A DNA stretch of 64,000 nucleotides from an uncultured Eubacteriales bacterium (GCA_964523615.1 CAZFZU010000006.1:3761-67760); one strand, 5' to 3'; shown: positions 46,802 through 57,192, numbered from the stretch's first letter. A program made the numbers and translations. Notes: generated by a model from the letters alone, not told the origin.

Positions 46802-48037
46802 GAGGGACGCCCGTCCGGCCGGACCGGCGTAGAGCCTTCGTTGATGCCGGTTCACCAGGAGGTCCTCGTCGCCGAACGCCCGGAGGACGTCGACGCTCTC
46901 GAGCAAGGGTCCCGCGACCTGCTCGTTGAAGGTGAGATCGGCCGCTCCGTTGATCTCGATGAGGACCGGTTCTCCGGCCTGATCGAGCGCCAGGTCCAGG
47001 CCGAGCAGGCGGTAAAAAGGGAAGGCCCTCTGAACGTCCTCGGCGAAGGCGGCGAGACGGTCCCACTCCGGGACCGCGCGGCCGGCGAAGACGATCCCCG
47101 TCGTCGGATGGGCCGGATAGGCCCGGGATCTCTTGTCGTAGGCGGGGCCCCTCAACCGGCCGTCGCGGACATCGATGCCGACCCCGATGCCGCCCGCGCT
47201 CCAATTGTCGATGAGGGCGCCCCCGACGCCGGCCCTCAGCGCGGCGCTGACGATCAGGACCTCCCCCCGGCCCGTCAGCATGGTCAGGACGCGGACCGTA
47301 TTGAGCGAAGTCTCCGCGAACGCGGCCATGCGGGCGTCCTGGCGGACGACCTCCTGGACGACGGCCTTCTCCGTGAGGACGAGATCCCCGAGCTCTTGGA
47401 AGCCCGTTCCGGACCTGACGCGAACGCCCCGGTCCGTCCTCTCCGCCAGGACGATGTTCCGTCCCGTCTCCCCGAATTGCGGCTTGATGATCACCGCTCC
47501 GGCCGCGGAGGTCCGGAGCCAGCCCTCGATCAGGGACCGATAGTCGTTGGCGGGATCGACGACGCCGTAGATCGGAGGCGTTCGGATCCCCAGGGCCTGG
47601 CAGAGCAGGCCGCAGAGATATTTGTCGTTGAAGATCACGCGGTAGACCGGGGGCTGGACGGCCTTTCTCAATCGCCGCTGCTGATGGGGATGGTAATTCG
47701 ATCCGTAATAGTATTTCCAGGCGCTCCGGTCGACCTCCCACAGGCGATAGCGTTCGTAGTGGTCCGGGAAGGTCCTGTACGAGAAGAACAGGACGAGGAG
47801 ATCGCCGGCCGTCCGCCAGCCCGGAGTCTTCATGTCGGCGCGGGACCTGACGCGCGCGTAGCAGGACGGCAACTGGAGGAACTGCTTGAAGCGCTCGTAG
47901 CGGAGGCGCAAGCCGGGGAAGAGGCGTCGCTTCAGTTCCCGGTAGACGCGAAGAGCCCTCGCGAAGGCCGGCTCGGCCGGGGCGGGAACCCCGGACGGCA
48001 CGGCCGCCGGGGCTTCGGGGGGTCTTAGCGGACTCAC
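46796..48037 (-). CDS. Sugar-transfer-associated ATP-grasp protein
   Basis: FNDKY, IIKP..G..G, VVQE, NTVRVLT, DNWSAGG, GLDLA, IEIN. Confidence 0.85.
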   Translation of the reverse strand: MSPLRPPEAPAAVPSGVPAPAEPAFARALRVYRELKRRLFPGLRLRYERFKQFLQLPSCYARVRSRADMKTPGWRTAGDLLVLFFSYRTFPDHYERYRLWEVDRSAWKYYYGSNYHPHQQRRLRKAVQPPVYRVIFNDKYLCGLLCQALGIRTPPIYGVVDPANDYRSLIEGWLRTSAAGAVIIKPQFGETGRNIVLAERTDRGVRVRSGTGFQELGDLVLTEKAVVQEVVRQDARMAAFAETSLNTVRVLTMLTGRGEVLIVSAALRAGVGGALIDNWSAGGIGVGIDVRDGRLRGPAYDKRSRAYPAHPTTGIVFAGRAVPEWDRLAAFAEDVQRAFPFYRLLGLDLALDQAGEPVLIEINGAADLTFNEQVAGPLLESVDVLRAFGDEDLLVNRHQRRLYAGPAGRASLL

Positions 48038-48201
48038 GCGGCTAGGGTATCCCTCGTCCGGAGGGGTGTCAAGGCTCCGGTCCGGTTTGACTCCGATCGT
48101 CCTGTTGGGGTATCATTCCGGCCGTAGAGAAACGGACCTTAACTGTCGGCGGACCTTGCGGTTAGGACGTCCGTCCGGAACCGATACAGGAAGCGGAGAC
48201 C

Positions 48202-49281
48202 ATGACAGATCAGACTGCGGCCGGCCGGCCAGGGACCCGGGCGGGGTCCCCGCTCGCCGGGCCGGAGGAGACCGTCCTCGTCACCGGATCGGGCGGCTTC
48301 ATCGGGGCCCGGGTCGTCGATGCGCTGCTCCGCCGGGGCTACCGGAACCTGCGGTGCTTCGTGCGTCCCGGGAGCGGAAACCCGCTCCTCGCGGCCGTCC
48401 TCAAGGAGCATCCGGATCACCGCTGCGAGATCCTGGCCGGGAACCTGCTCTCGCGGGACGACTGCGCGAAAGCGGCCGCCGGCGCTTCCGTCATCTATCA
48501 CCTGGTGGCCGGGCGGGGGAAATCCTTCCCCGGCTGTTTTCAGGGATCGGCCGTCACCACGCGAAACCTGCTCGACGCCGCCGTCGCCGGAAGGGCCCTC
48601 AAGCGGTTCGTCAACGTCAGCTCCTTCATCATCTATTCCAACCGGGGATTGGCCCGGAACGCCGTCTGGGACGAATCGTGCCCGCTCGAGGACGACCTCG
48701 AGAAGCGCTTCGACGCCTATCTCTACGGCAAGTTCAAGCAGGACGAGATCGTCCGGGCGTATCACGAGAAGCACGGCCTGCCGTATACCATCGTCTGCCC
48801 CGGCATCGTCTTCGGACCGGGCCGGAAGGCCCTGCCGGGCTCCCTGGGGCTGGACACTTTCGGCATCTTCATGCGCGTCGGAGGGGCCGGCCGGATGCCT
48901 CTGACCTATGTGGACAATTGCGCCGAGGCCATCGTCCTGGCGGGCCTCGTGCCGGGCGTCGAGGGCGAGGTCTTCAACGTCATGGACGACGACCTTCCCA
49001 AGAGCCGGAGGTTCCTGCGGCTGTACAAGAAGCGGGTCGGCCGGTTCCGTTCCGTGTGGGTCCCTTATCCGGTCGCCTATCTCCTGAGCTGGTTCTGGGA
49101 GCTGTACGCGGGCTGGTCCGAGGGACAGCTGCCCCCGGTGTTCAACCGCCGCAATTGCGCCTTCTCCTGGAAGGGGCACCGCTACGCCAACCGCAAGCTC
49201 AAGGACCGCCTCGGTTGGCAATGCCGGGTGCCCATGAACGAGGCTTTAGAACGCTATTTCGAGTATCAGAAAGAAGGCTGA
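48202..49281 (+). CDS. NAD-dependent epimerase/dehydratase (extended SDR)
   Basis: TGSGGFIG, VSS, YLYGK (YxxxK). Confidence 0.88.
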   Translation: MTDQTAAGRPGTRAGSPLAGPEETVLVTGSGGFIGARVVDALLRRGYRNLRCFVRPGSGNPLLAAVLKEHPDHRCEILAGNLLSRDDCAKAAAGASVIYHLVAGRGKSFPGCFQGSAVTTRNLLDAAVAGRALKRFVNVSSFIIYSNRGLARNAVWDESCPLEDDLEKRFDAYLYGKFKQDEIVRAYHEKHGLPYTIVCPGIVFGPGRKALPGSLGLDTFGIFMRVGGAGRMPLTYVDNCAEAIVLAGLVPGVEGEVFNVMDDDLPKSRRFLRLYKKRVGRFRSVWVPYPVAYLLSWFWELYAGWSEGQLPPVFNRRNCAFSWKGHRYANRKLKDRLGWQCRVPMNEALERYFEYQKEG

Positions 49282-49282
49282 G

Positions 49283-50392
49283 ATGGAGAGAACGCGGGTG
49301 GCGATCGTCGGATGCGGGAACATCGCCGATCAACACGCCGCCCAGATCAGGCGCCTGCCGGGCTGCGAGATCGTCGCCGCGTGCGATACGGACGAGCTCA
49401 TGGCCGGCCAGCTCGCCGAGCGCTTCCACGTCCCCCTCGTCTTCACGGACGCGGCCCGGATGCTCCGCGAGGCCGGGCCGGACGCGGTCCACATCACCAC
49501 CCCGGCCCAATCGCACTTCCCCCTCGGCCGGATGTGCCTCGAAGCGGGCTGCCACGTCTATATGGAAAAGCCGTTCACGGAAACGGCGGCCGAGACCGGG
49601 GCCCTGCTCCGTCTCGCCCGGGAGAGGGGCCGCAGGATCACGGCCGGGCACAACCTGCAGTTCAATCCCGAGGCCGTCCGCATGCGGGAACTGGTCCGGT
49701 CCGGCTTCCTCGGCGGGCCGCCCGTGCACATGGAAGTCGTCCAGTGCTATTCCCACGACGAGCCCACCTACGGCCGGATCGTGTTGGCCGACCCGGGCCA
49801 CTGGGTCCGCCGCCTGCCCGGCTCGCTGTCCCAGAACCTCATCAGCCACGGCATCGGCAAGCTCGCGGAGTTCCTGGCCGGGGACGATCCCCGGATCATC
49901 TCCCTGAGTTTCAGCAGCCCGTATCTGAGGGGTTTGGGACTCACGGACATCGTCGACGAGGTCCGGGCGACCATCCAGGACGAGCGGGGGACGACCGCGT
50001 TCTTCCTCTTCACGACGCAATTCGGCACCGGGTCCAACGAGCTGCGCCTCTACGGCAAGTCGGCCAACCTGGTCGTGGACAACACGAACCGGACCGTCCT
50101 CCGCGTCCGCCCGTCGGCCTACAAGAGCTATATGCGTTATTTCTTCGCCCCCTGGACGGACGCCCGGGAACACCTGAGGAACTCGTCCCGCAACATCAAG
50201 CTCTTCGCCCGGAACGACTTCCACATGGACTACGGGATGAAGAAGCTGATGGAGCTGTTCTACGCCGCCGTGCGGGAGGGCGGGCCCGATCCGATCCCGG
50301 CCGACCAGATCCTGAGGACCGCCAGGATCATGGAGACGATCTTCCGGCAGATGCCGGGCTCTCGTGTTCCGGACGGTCCCGCGACCCCTTGA
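49283..50392 (+). CDS. Gfo/Idh/MocA family oxidoreductase
   Basis: IVGCGNIA, HVYMEKP, GHN. Confidence 0.9.
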   Translation: MERTRVAIVGCGNIADQHAAQIRRLPGCEIVAACDTDELMAGQLAERFHVPLVFTDAARMLREAGPDAVHITTPAQSHFPLGRMCLEAGCHVYMEKPFTETAAETGALLRLARERGRRITAGHNLQFNPEAVRMRELVRSGFLGGPPVHMEVVQCYSHDEPTYGRIVLADPGHWVRRLPGSLSQNLISHGIGKLAEFLAGDDPRIISLSFSSPYLRGLGLTDIVDEVRATIQDERGTTAFFLFTTQFGTGSNELRLYGKSANLVVDNTNRTVLRVRPSAYKSYMRYFFAPWTDAREHLRNSSRNIKLFARNDFHMDYGMKKLMELFYAAVREGGPDPIPADQILRTARIMETIFRQMPGSRVPDGPATP

Positions 50393-50396
50393 GACC

Positions 50397-51581
50397 GTGC
50401 GATACCTCATCCTGAACGACATCCCGACCCCGTGGCGGGAACCCGTCTACGAACGGGTCCATCGGGCCCTGGGGGGGGACGTCCGGGTGGCCTATTTCAA
50501 GGGCAACGAGAAACGGCGGCTGTGGACCTTCAAACAGGGGAGCCATCCCAAGACGATCCTGCGAGGCCTGACGATCACGATCCGGGGCACGGAACGGTTC
50601 TTCAACCCCGGCATCGTGCCGCTTCTCCTCCGGGACCGGCCCCGCTTCGCTTTGCTGGCGACGTGCATCAAGGACCCGACGTTCTGGCTGGCGGCGGTCG
50701 TCCTCAGGCTCCTCGGGACCAGGATCGCCCTGCTCGAGGACACGTGGTCCGGCCGCGACCGGGGGATCGGGCCCCTGCAGAAGCTGGCCCGCCGGACCGT
50801 CTACCGGGCCTTCGGCGACGCGTTCGTCGGCACCAGCCGGCAGGCCCTCGCCTTGTACCGGCATTATCATCCGCGGATCGGACCGGAGCAGGAATCGTTG
50901 AGCCACCTCGTGGCGGACAACGCCTATTTCCTGGCCCGGCTGGGAGACCGGAGTTTCGAGCGACGCTACGACATCATGTTCTCGGGCCGCATCGTCCCGG
51001 TGAAGAACCCGGTGTTCTTCGCCCAGGTCTGCGCCGCCGTGAGGTCCCGAATGGGCCGGTGCCGCGTCCTGATCATCGGTGACGGTGACGAGGCCCTCAA
51101 GGCGGCCATGCGGGCCGTCTTCGACGCCCGCGGCGTGGACTACGACTTCGCGGGCTTCATTCCCCACGACCGGCTGCCCGATCACTACGCCCAGGCGAAG
51201 CTGCTCCTGCTGCCCACTTCGGGCGACTGCTGGGGCGTCGTCATCAACGAGGCCATGCTGGCCGGGAGCCCCGTGATCACGACCGACATGACCGCGGCCG
51301 CGGGCGAGCTCGTCCTGGACGGGCAGAACGGGCGTGTCCTGCCCCTCGACGTCGAGGCCTGGGCCCAGGCGATCGTCGAGCTCCTCCAGGACGCCGGAAG
51401 ATACGGGCGGTTCTCGGCGAGCGCGCGGGACAAGGTCCGGGAATTCGATTTCGACCGGGCGGCGGAGGGGATCCTCGAGGCCTTTCGCTATCTGGACGGC
51501 GCCGGCGGCCCGGGCCCGCGGAGCGAGCGGCCGCTCACCGGTCGGCCTCATGGGCCCCGATATCGGGGGCCGAGCCTTTGA
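50397..51581 (+). CDS. Glycosyltransferase family 4
   Basis: FSGRIVPVKN, DCWGVVINEAM..G.PVI; start uncertain (50364 or 50397); 3' end overlaps the convergent gene by 47 nt. Confidence 0.88.
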   Translation: MRYLILNDIPTPWREPVYERVHRALGGDVRVAYFKGNEKRRLWTFKQGSHPKTILRGLTITIRGTERFFNPGIVPLLLRDRPRFALLATCIKDPTFWLAAVVLRLLGTRIALLEDTWSGRDRGIGPLQKLARRTVYRAFGDAFVGTSRQALALYRHYHPRIGPEQESLSHLVADNAYFLARLGDRSFERRYDIMFSGRIVPVKNPVFFAQVCAAVRSRMGRCRVLIIGDGDEALKAAMRAVFDARGVDYDFAGFIPHDRLPDHYAQAKLLLLPTSGDCWGVVINEAMLAGSPVITTDMTAAAGELVLDGQNGRVLPLDVEAWAQAIVELLQDAGRYGRFSASARDKVREFDFDRAAEGILEAFRYLDGAGGPGPRSERPLTGRPHGPRYRGPSL

Positions 51582-54282
51582 GGACGCGGCGGCCGCCGGA
51601 ATCGCTGTAGAGCCAGATCTTGTCGCCGTCCGCCCAGGTCAGAGGCGAGGCCAGCGTGATCGTCTTCGTCGCGTAATCGATGGCGGTGATCCGGACCGCA
51701 TTGGCGACCGTTCCGACGGCGATCCAATCGGGGAAATGGGTCACGCCGTGGGTCAGCCCGGAACCCCACGTTCCGTCCTGGAAGAGGAACGCGTCCTCGA
51801 CGACCAGGGTCAGGCTGCCGGTCCCGCTTCCGTTGGCCAGAGTGAGCGGCGCGCCGGCGTCGACGCACGGGGAGCCGGCCGACAGACGCAGGTCGGGCAG
51901 GACCAGGCTGGACTTGTCCGACATATCCGGATTGGCGAACACGGGATCGGAGTTGAAGTTGTTCGCGTAGGTGACCTGGGGCAGGATGTTGGCCGTTCCG
52001 ACCCGCCATTCCTGGAAGTTGTCGAAGACGATGTTGTTCTTGACGACGACGTTCGTCGGCCAGTCGTCGTAAGCGGCATACGACCAGATGCACACGCCGT
52101 GCTTGAATTGGTCGCCGTAGATGGAGGCGTCGCCGTAGCCGCCGTGATAGATCGTGTTATGGTAGACCCGCCCCCAGCTCCCGCTCTTGAGGTTCGTGGC
52201 CTCCCCGCCCTTGGGCTGCATCTTGCTGTAGTAGCCCATGCCGCCGTTCCCGTAGATGTCGTTGTATCGGACGATCGTGTGGCAGCCGGCGTTCTCGATC
52301 CCCGTCGCGCCGTCGTCGTCCGGCGGGGTCCCGGCGTATCCGATCCGGTTGCCCTCGATCAGGGTGTGGAAGGCCGTGCCCGGATTCTCGCCGGAGTTGG
52401 ACAGGAGGATGTTCCTGTTCCCGAAATACCCGCTCGCGGGGACGTTGTCGAATCGCTTGGTGAGGTCCCTGAAATACGCCCCTTCGTTATGGAAGACGTT
52501 GTTCCGGACGACGTTGAACTGCCCGCCGATGTCGATGCAGTCGTGACCGCCGTAGAAGAAGACGTTGTCCTCGAAGGTGTTGTGGGAGGTCGTGTCGTCG
52601 TAATTGCTGCTGATCCTGATGGTCCCGAGGTCCTCCCCCGTCAGGTAATCGATCTTGCCGTACCGGGAAAAGGTATTGTGGTGGAGCCAGTTGTCCCGGG
52701 TCTTGGCCTTCGCGTTGCGGGCCGAGTTCCAGTCCGTGATATAGCCGAGCTGATAATCGCCGGAGCTGCGGTCGAAGGCGCAATTCGAGATCTCGTTGAA
52801 GCAGGCGCCGTAGCCGATGTAGAAGAACGCCCCCGAGTTCGAGCTCACGATGCCGTCGACCTTGATATAGCTGACGCCCTGGAGCTTGACGGCCCAACGC
52901 CCCCCGGCTTCGTCGACCGTGAACCTGGCGATCTCGCCGCCGTAGGCCTGGAAGACGATCCTGTTCTCCTTGGTGCCGGACCGGACCGGGGCCACGGATG
53001 TGGCGTAGGTCCCGCCGCGAAGACTGACGACATCCCCGGCGGCGGCGTTCGTGTTCGCCGTGCGCAAGGAACAGCACGCCGATCCCGCCAGAGGGGAGTC
53101 GCTCCGGGCGTCTTGCCACGAGGCCGTTCCGGTGGGGCTGACCCAATAGGTCCCGGCCGTGACGTTCCCCGAACCGACGAGGACGCGGCGGCTGTGGCTT
53201 TGAGCGCCGGAAGGCCCGGTCACCGAGAGGGTCACGTTGTACGTCCCGGCGCCGGCGAAGGCGTGGCCGGGGTTCCGCTCCGCGCTCGTCGAACCGTCGT
53301 TGAAATCCCAGGCCCAGGCCGTCGCTTCCCCGGTCGACAGGTCCGTGAACTGGACGACCTGGCCGACGTCCGGGTAGGCCGGCGTGTAGGTGAAAGAGAC
53401 GGCGGGCGTGGCGCCCGTCACGACGACGGTCCGGCTCGCGCTCTTGGAGCCGGAGCCGTTGGAATTGGTGAGGCTGACCGTGTAGGACCCGGCGGCCGCG
53501 TAGACGTGGCTCGGATGACGCTGGCTGCTCGACGTGCCGTCCCCGAACTTCCAGAACCAAGCCGTCGGATTGCCGGTCGAGGTGTCCGTGAACTGGACCG
53601 ATTGGCCCGCGGACGGCTCGCTCGGCGAGTACGTGAAGGACGCGGTCAGGACCGACATGGTCGCCACGGTGATCGTCTTGGCGGCCCGGCGCGTACCGGA
53701 ACTGCCGGTGCACGTCAGGGAGACCGTATAATAGCCGGCCTTGGCGAACGCATGGCTGGGGTTCTTCACCGTGCTCGTCGTCCCGTCCCCGAAATCCCAG
53801 AGCCAGGATTTCGGGTCGCCCGGCGTCGTGTCGGCGAATGACACGGTCTGCCCGACGCCGGGGGAGGTCGGGCTATGGACGAACGAAGCCGAGAGACTAT
53901 CCGGCAGGACCGCGAAGGTCCGAACGGTCTTCTTGGAGCTGGTGCCGGTCGTCGCCGTCAGCGTGACCCGGAAAAAGCCGGAACGGCGGAACGTGTGGAC
54001 CTCGTTCTGCCGGGTGCTCGTGACCCCGTCGCCGAAGTCCCAGAGCCAGAACTGGACCGCCTCGGTGGCCTCGCCCCTGAAGGAGACCGGTTGCCCCTGA
54101 ACGGGCACGGCGGGGGAGTAGGCGAGCGTGATCCGGAAACCGGACGTCAGTTGCGCGAGACGGCTGAGGCGGCTCTGGGCCTGCGCGGGCAGTCCCAGGA
54201 GCTGAAGGCCGATCGTCCCGATAAGTAAGGCGCGCAGGGTCCGGAGATGGTCAGTCCGGCGACTCGTCGTACTCGAGGCCAT
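51535..54282 (-). CDS. Secreted protein: 4 PKD domains plus right-handed parallel beta-helix
   Basis: ATG 54282 after GGAGGAG; signal peptide; W.W.FGDG x3 and WAWDFNDG; Asn-rich beta-helix repeats; C-terminal APDIGAHE. Confidence 0.85.
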   Translation of the reverse strand: MASSTTSRRTDHLRTLRALLIGTIGLQLLGLPAQAQSRLSRLAQLTSGFRITLAYSPAVPVQGQPVSFRGEATEAVQFWLWDFGDGVTSTRQNEVHTFRRSGFFRVTLTATTGTSSKKTVRTFAVLPDSLSASFVHSPTSPGVGQTVSFADTTPGDPKSWLWDFGDGTTSTVKNPSHAFAKAGYYTVSLTCTGSSGTRRAAKTITVATMSVLTASFTYSPSEPSAGQSVQFTDTSTGNPTAWFWKFGDGTSSSQRHPSHVYAAAGSYTVSLTNSNGSGSKSASRTVVVTGATPAVSFTYTPAYPDVGQVVQFTDLSTGEATAWAWDFNDGSTSAERNPGHAFAGAGTYNVTLSVTGPSGAQSHSRRVLVGSGNVTAGTYWVSPTGTASWQDARSDSPLAGSACCSLRTANTNAAAGDVVSLRGGTYATSVAPVRSGTKENRIVFQAYGGEIARFTVDEAGGRWAVKLQGVSYIKVDGIVSSNSGAFFYIGYGACFNEISNCAFDRSSGDYQLGYITDWNSARNAKAKTRDNWLHHNTFSRYGKIDYLTGEDLGTIRISSNYDDTTSHNTFEDNVFFYGGHDCIDIGGQFNVVRNNVFHNEGAYFRDLTKRFDNVPASGYFGNRNILLSNSGENPGTAFHTLIEGNRIGYAGTPPDDDGATGIENAGCHTIVRYNDIYGNGGMGYYSKMQPKGGEATNLKSGSWGRVYHNTIYHGGYGDASIYGDQFKHGVCIWSYAAYDDWPTNVVVKNNIVFDNFQEWRVGTANILPQVTYANNFNSDPVFANPDMSDKSSLVLPDLRLSAGSPCVDAGAPLTLANGSGTGSLTLVVEDAFLFQDGTWGSGLTHGVTHFPDWIAVGTVANAVRITAIDYATKTITLASPLTWADGDKIWLYSDSGGRRVLKGSAPDIGAHEADR

Positions 54283-54373
54283 GCGGTTCTCCTCCGTGCA
54301 GGTTCTGTGTGTCCCGGCGATCAGGCGCTTCCGGACAACGCGTCCATTCTGGCCCAGGTGAGCGGCTCGGGTA

Positions 54374-54389
54374 TCACCCTTTAGGGGGA
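54374..54389. promoter_or_regulatory. 16-bp imperfect palindrome TCACCCTTTAGGGGGA (candidate TF site, copy 3)
   Basis: 14/16 match to TCAYCCYTARGGRTGA; intergenic, upstream of the PKD/beta-helix gene; CAGAAT lies 22 nt downstream on the minus strand. Confidence 0.4.
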
Positions 54390-54457
54390 TTCCCGGGAGC
54401 ATAATCTCCGGAACGGACTAGCCATCCGAGGGGGACTCCAGACCGGGACCCACCGGC

Positions 54458-56164
54458 TCAGCGGTCGTCCCGGACATCGGTGGATTCGTGGGCCCCGATG
54501 TCGGGCGCGCGTCCATGGAGGACCTGCCGGCCGTCGGAATCCCGGAACAGCCAGACGGGGGCCCGCGTTTTCCAGGTCTTGGGCCCGGCGAGGATGATGA
54601 GTCCGTCCTCGTAGGAGATCGATCGGATCTCGACGACGTTGTCGACGGTCCCGATGGCGATCCAGTCCGGCCGGACCCCGGAGAGCGAGGACCCCCAAGT
54701 CCCGTCCTGAAAGACATAGGCGTCCGCCACGTGAAGCCGCGTGGCCCGGAAGCCCGGCTCGACGGCCGCCGTGAGGCCGATGCCCTTATCGATACAGGGA
54801 GAGCCGGGCCGCAGCCTCAGGTCGGGCGATCCCCGGCTGGCCTTGTCCGACAGGTCCGGGTCCCGGAAATGGGGATCCGAGCCGAAGTTGTTGGCGTAGG
54901 TGATCTGAGGCAGTATGTTCCTGGACCCGACGCGCCATTCGTTGGCGTTGCCGAAAACGATGTTGTTCTTGATGACGACGTCGCGGGGCCAGTCGTCGTA
55001 GGACCGGTAGGACCAGACGCAGATGCCGTGCTTGAATTGGACGTCGATGCTGGGGTCGCCGAACCCGTTGGCGTAAACGGAGTTGTTGTACACCCTGGCC
55101 CGGCTGCCGCTCAACAGAGCCGAACCGGTCTCGGGGTGATCGCCCTGCATTTTGCTGTAATATCCCATCCCTCCGTTGCCGTAGATGTCGTTGTAGCGGG
55201 CGACGGTGTGGACACCGGCGTTCTCGATCCCGCACGAACCGTCGTCGTCGGGCGGCGTGCCCGCGTGGCCGATCCGGTTGCCTTCGATCAGGGTGTGATG
55301 GGCCGTCCCGGGGCCTTGGCCGTAGTTCGACAAGAGGACGTTCCGGTTCCCGAAGAAACCGCTGAGCGGCTTGTTCCTGCTGGTCCCGGCGGTGTCCTCG
55401 AAATAGGCCTCCTCGTTATGGAACACGTTGTTCCTGACGACATTGAAGCGGCCGCCGATATCCAGGAGGTCGTGCCCGCCGTAGAAGAACACATTGTGCT
55501 CGAAGGTCGTGTGGCTGGACGGATCGGACCTGAGACCGGAGATCCTGACGGTGCCCAGGTCGTTGCCTTCGCGGACGGCTCCGTACCTCGAAAAGACGTT
55601 GTGATGGAGCCAGTTGTGGTCCGACGGCGCGCCGGCCTCGAACGCCGTGTCGTAAAAGGAGATCAGGCCGACCGAATACTGCCCTCCGCTCCGGTCGAAG
55701 ACGCAGTGGGCGATCTCGTTGTAGCAGGCCCCGTCGCCGAGGAAGAAGAAGGCTTGAGAGCCCTCGCTGTGGATGCCGAACACTTTGATGTGGCTCCGGC
55801 CGACGACGGTGATGGCCCGTTCGCCGGCCACCCGGAACACCGGGACCTCTCCGGAGTGGGCCCGGAACACGATCGGACGGTCCGCGGCGCCAGAATTCGC
55901 CGGCCGGATGCCCGTCGCGTAGGTCCCGCCGCGCAGCCGGACCGTGTCTCCGGCCGAAGCGCGGGCGTTGGCCGAGCCGATGGAACAGCAGTCCTTCCCT
56001 TCGAGGGGAGCTTCGCTCCGGGCGTCCGCCCAGGCCGCCGTGCCCTCGGGGCTCACCCAGTAGATCGCCCCTTCGGCGGGCCGGCCGGTCCTGCCCGCGG
56101 GAAGGGAGCCCGTCAACCACAGGGCCCCGGCCAGGAGACAGAGCGACCTCAGGATGGGAGACAC
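54458..56164 (-). CDS. Secreted right-handed parallel beta-helix protein (PKD-less paralog of 51535-54282)
   Basis: Signal peptide; shared blocks with the paralog (GNGGMGYYSKMQ, FKHG.C.WSY..YDDWP, NILPQ.TYANNF.SDP, APDIGAHE). Confidence 0.85.
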   Translation of the reverse strand: MSPILRSLCLLAGALWLTGSLPAGRTGRPAEGAIYWVSPEGTAAWADARSEAPLEGKDCCSIGSANARASAGDTVRLRGGTYATGIRPANSGAADRPIVFRAHSGEVPVFRVAGERAITVVGRSHIKVFGIHSEGSQAFFFLGDGACYNEIAHCVFDRSGGQYSVGLISFYDTAFEAGAPSDHNWLHHNVFSRYGAVREGNDLGTVRISGLRSDPSSHTTFEHNVFFYGGHDLLDIGGRFNVVRNNVFHNEEAYFEDTAGTSRNKPLSGFFGNRNVLLSNYGQGPGTAHHTLIEGNRIGHAGTPPDDDGSCGIENAGVHTVARYNDIYGNGGMGYYSKMQGDHPETGSALLSGSRARVYNNSVYANGFGDPSIDVQFKHGICVWSYRSYDDWPRDVVIKNNIVFGNANEWRVGSRNILPQITYANNFGSDPHFRDPDLSDKASRGSPDLRLRPGSPCIDKGIGLTAAVEPGFRATRLHVADAYVFQDGTWGSSLSGVRPDWIAIGTVDNVVEIRSISYEDGLIILAGPKTWKTRAPVWLFRDSDGRQVLHGRAPDIGAHESTDVRDDR

Positions 56165-56166
56165 GG

Positions 56167-57078
56167 CTAGAAATCCCGCGTCTTCCTCATCTCGATCCCC
56201 GCCGCGGCGGCCAGCCGGCTCAGATGGTAGGCGGCGCCTTCGAGACGTTTCACCCAGACATGGGCGCCGAGGATGCGGGTCACCGGAGCGCTGACGGCGA
56301 ATGCGAGCAGGGCGACCGCCGACTTGACCAGGGACGCCGCCGTCTTGGGCCCACGGCCTTCACGGACGGAGTATTTGTGAGCGTTATAGCCGTTGACCAG
56401 GGCGCGCCGGACGAAGTAGGCCTTGTCCCAGCGCTCGGGGAGGATGACCTCATAGACGGGCGCTTCGTCCACGGCCACGAACCGAAAGCCCGCATCCATC
56501 GCCTGCCTGAAGAACGCTTGGTCCGAGCCTCCCGTCCGGAAGGCCTCGTCGAAGCGGAGAGAATCCCTGTCGAAGACGTCCTTCTTGAGCAACACGTTGC
56601 CGGTGTAGCATTGATCCCACCGCAGCCGCGTCCCGGTCCGCCGGCGAGGCAGGTCCGACAATCGGCTTTTGATCAGCCAGTCCGGCGGGGCTTGGTCGAA
56701 GAACGGGACGACCGGTCCCAACGCGCCGTCCACGTCGAAGGTCCTCACGGCCTCGTAGAGGGTCCGCAGCCAGTGCGGAGGAGGGATCTCGTCGTCGTCG
56801 ATGATGGCGATGAACGGCCCCTTGGCCAATCCCAGGGCATGGTTTCGCGCGAACGGGATCCCTTTCCGCGGTTCGACGCCGTAGATCACATCCAAGGGCG
56901 ATCCCGGACCGAGGCGCTCGACCTCGGCGCGCGCCGGGCCTTCGGGATCGTTGTCGACGACGACCACGGAGAAGGTGAACAGTCCGTCCGTCCGCTGGAG
57001 GGCGAGGTTCCGCAGGAGCCGGGCCAGCAGGGCGTTGCGGCGGTAGGTGCAGACACAGACCGTGATGTGATCGGCCAT
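56167..57078 (-). CDS. Glycosyltransferase family 2
   Basis: ATG 57078 after GGAGGA; VCVCTYRR, VVVDND, ARN, IIDDDE, GGSD. Confidence 0.92.
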   Translation of the reverse strand: MADHITVCVCTYRRNALLARLLRNLALQRTDGLFTFSVVVVDNDPEGPARAEVERLGPGSPLDVIYGVEPRKGIPFARNHALGLAKGPFIAIIDDDEIPPPHWLRTLYEAVRTFDVDGALGPVVPFFDQAPPDWLIKSRLSDLPRRRTGTRLRWDQCYTGNVLLKKDVFDRDSLRFDEAFRTGGSDQAFFRQAMDAGFRFVAVDEAPVYEVILPERWDKAYFVRRALVNGYNAHKYSVREGRGPKTAASLVKSAVALLAFAVSAPVTRILGAHVWVKRLEGAAYHLSRLAAAAGIEMRKTRDF

Positions 57079-57163
57079 GGCGTTCCTCCGGGCCCAGTAT
57101 AGCGGACTCGACGGGGCGGGACCAAGGGAAATCTTCCGCCCTTCCGGCCGCAGGGACACCCGG

Positions 57164-57192
57164 TTGACATCACCTATCCCGGGCGATATATT
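57164..57192 (+). promoter_or_regulatory. Promoter for the enolase-like/phosphatase pair
   Basis: TTGACA-17 nt-TATATT. Confidence 0.75.

Noticed and set aside
53190-54110. Repeated DNA blocks resembling an array
   Set aside because: They are the four in-frame PKD domain repeats, not a CRISPR or other non-coding array.
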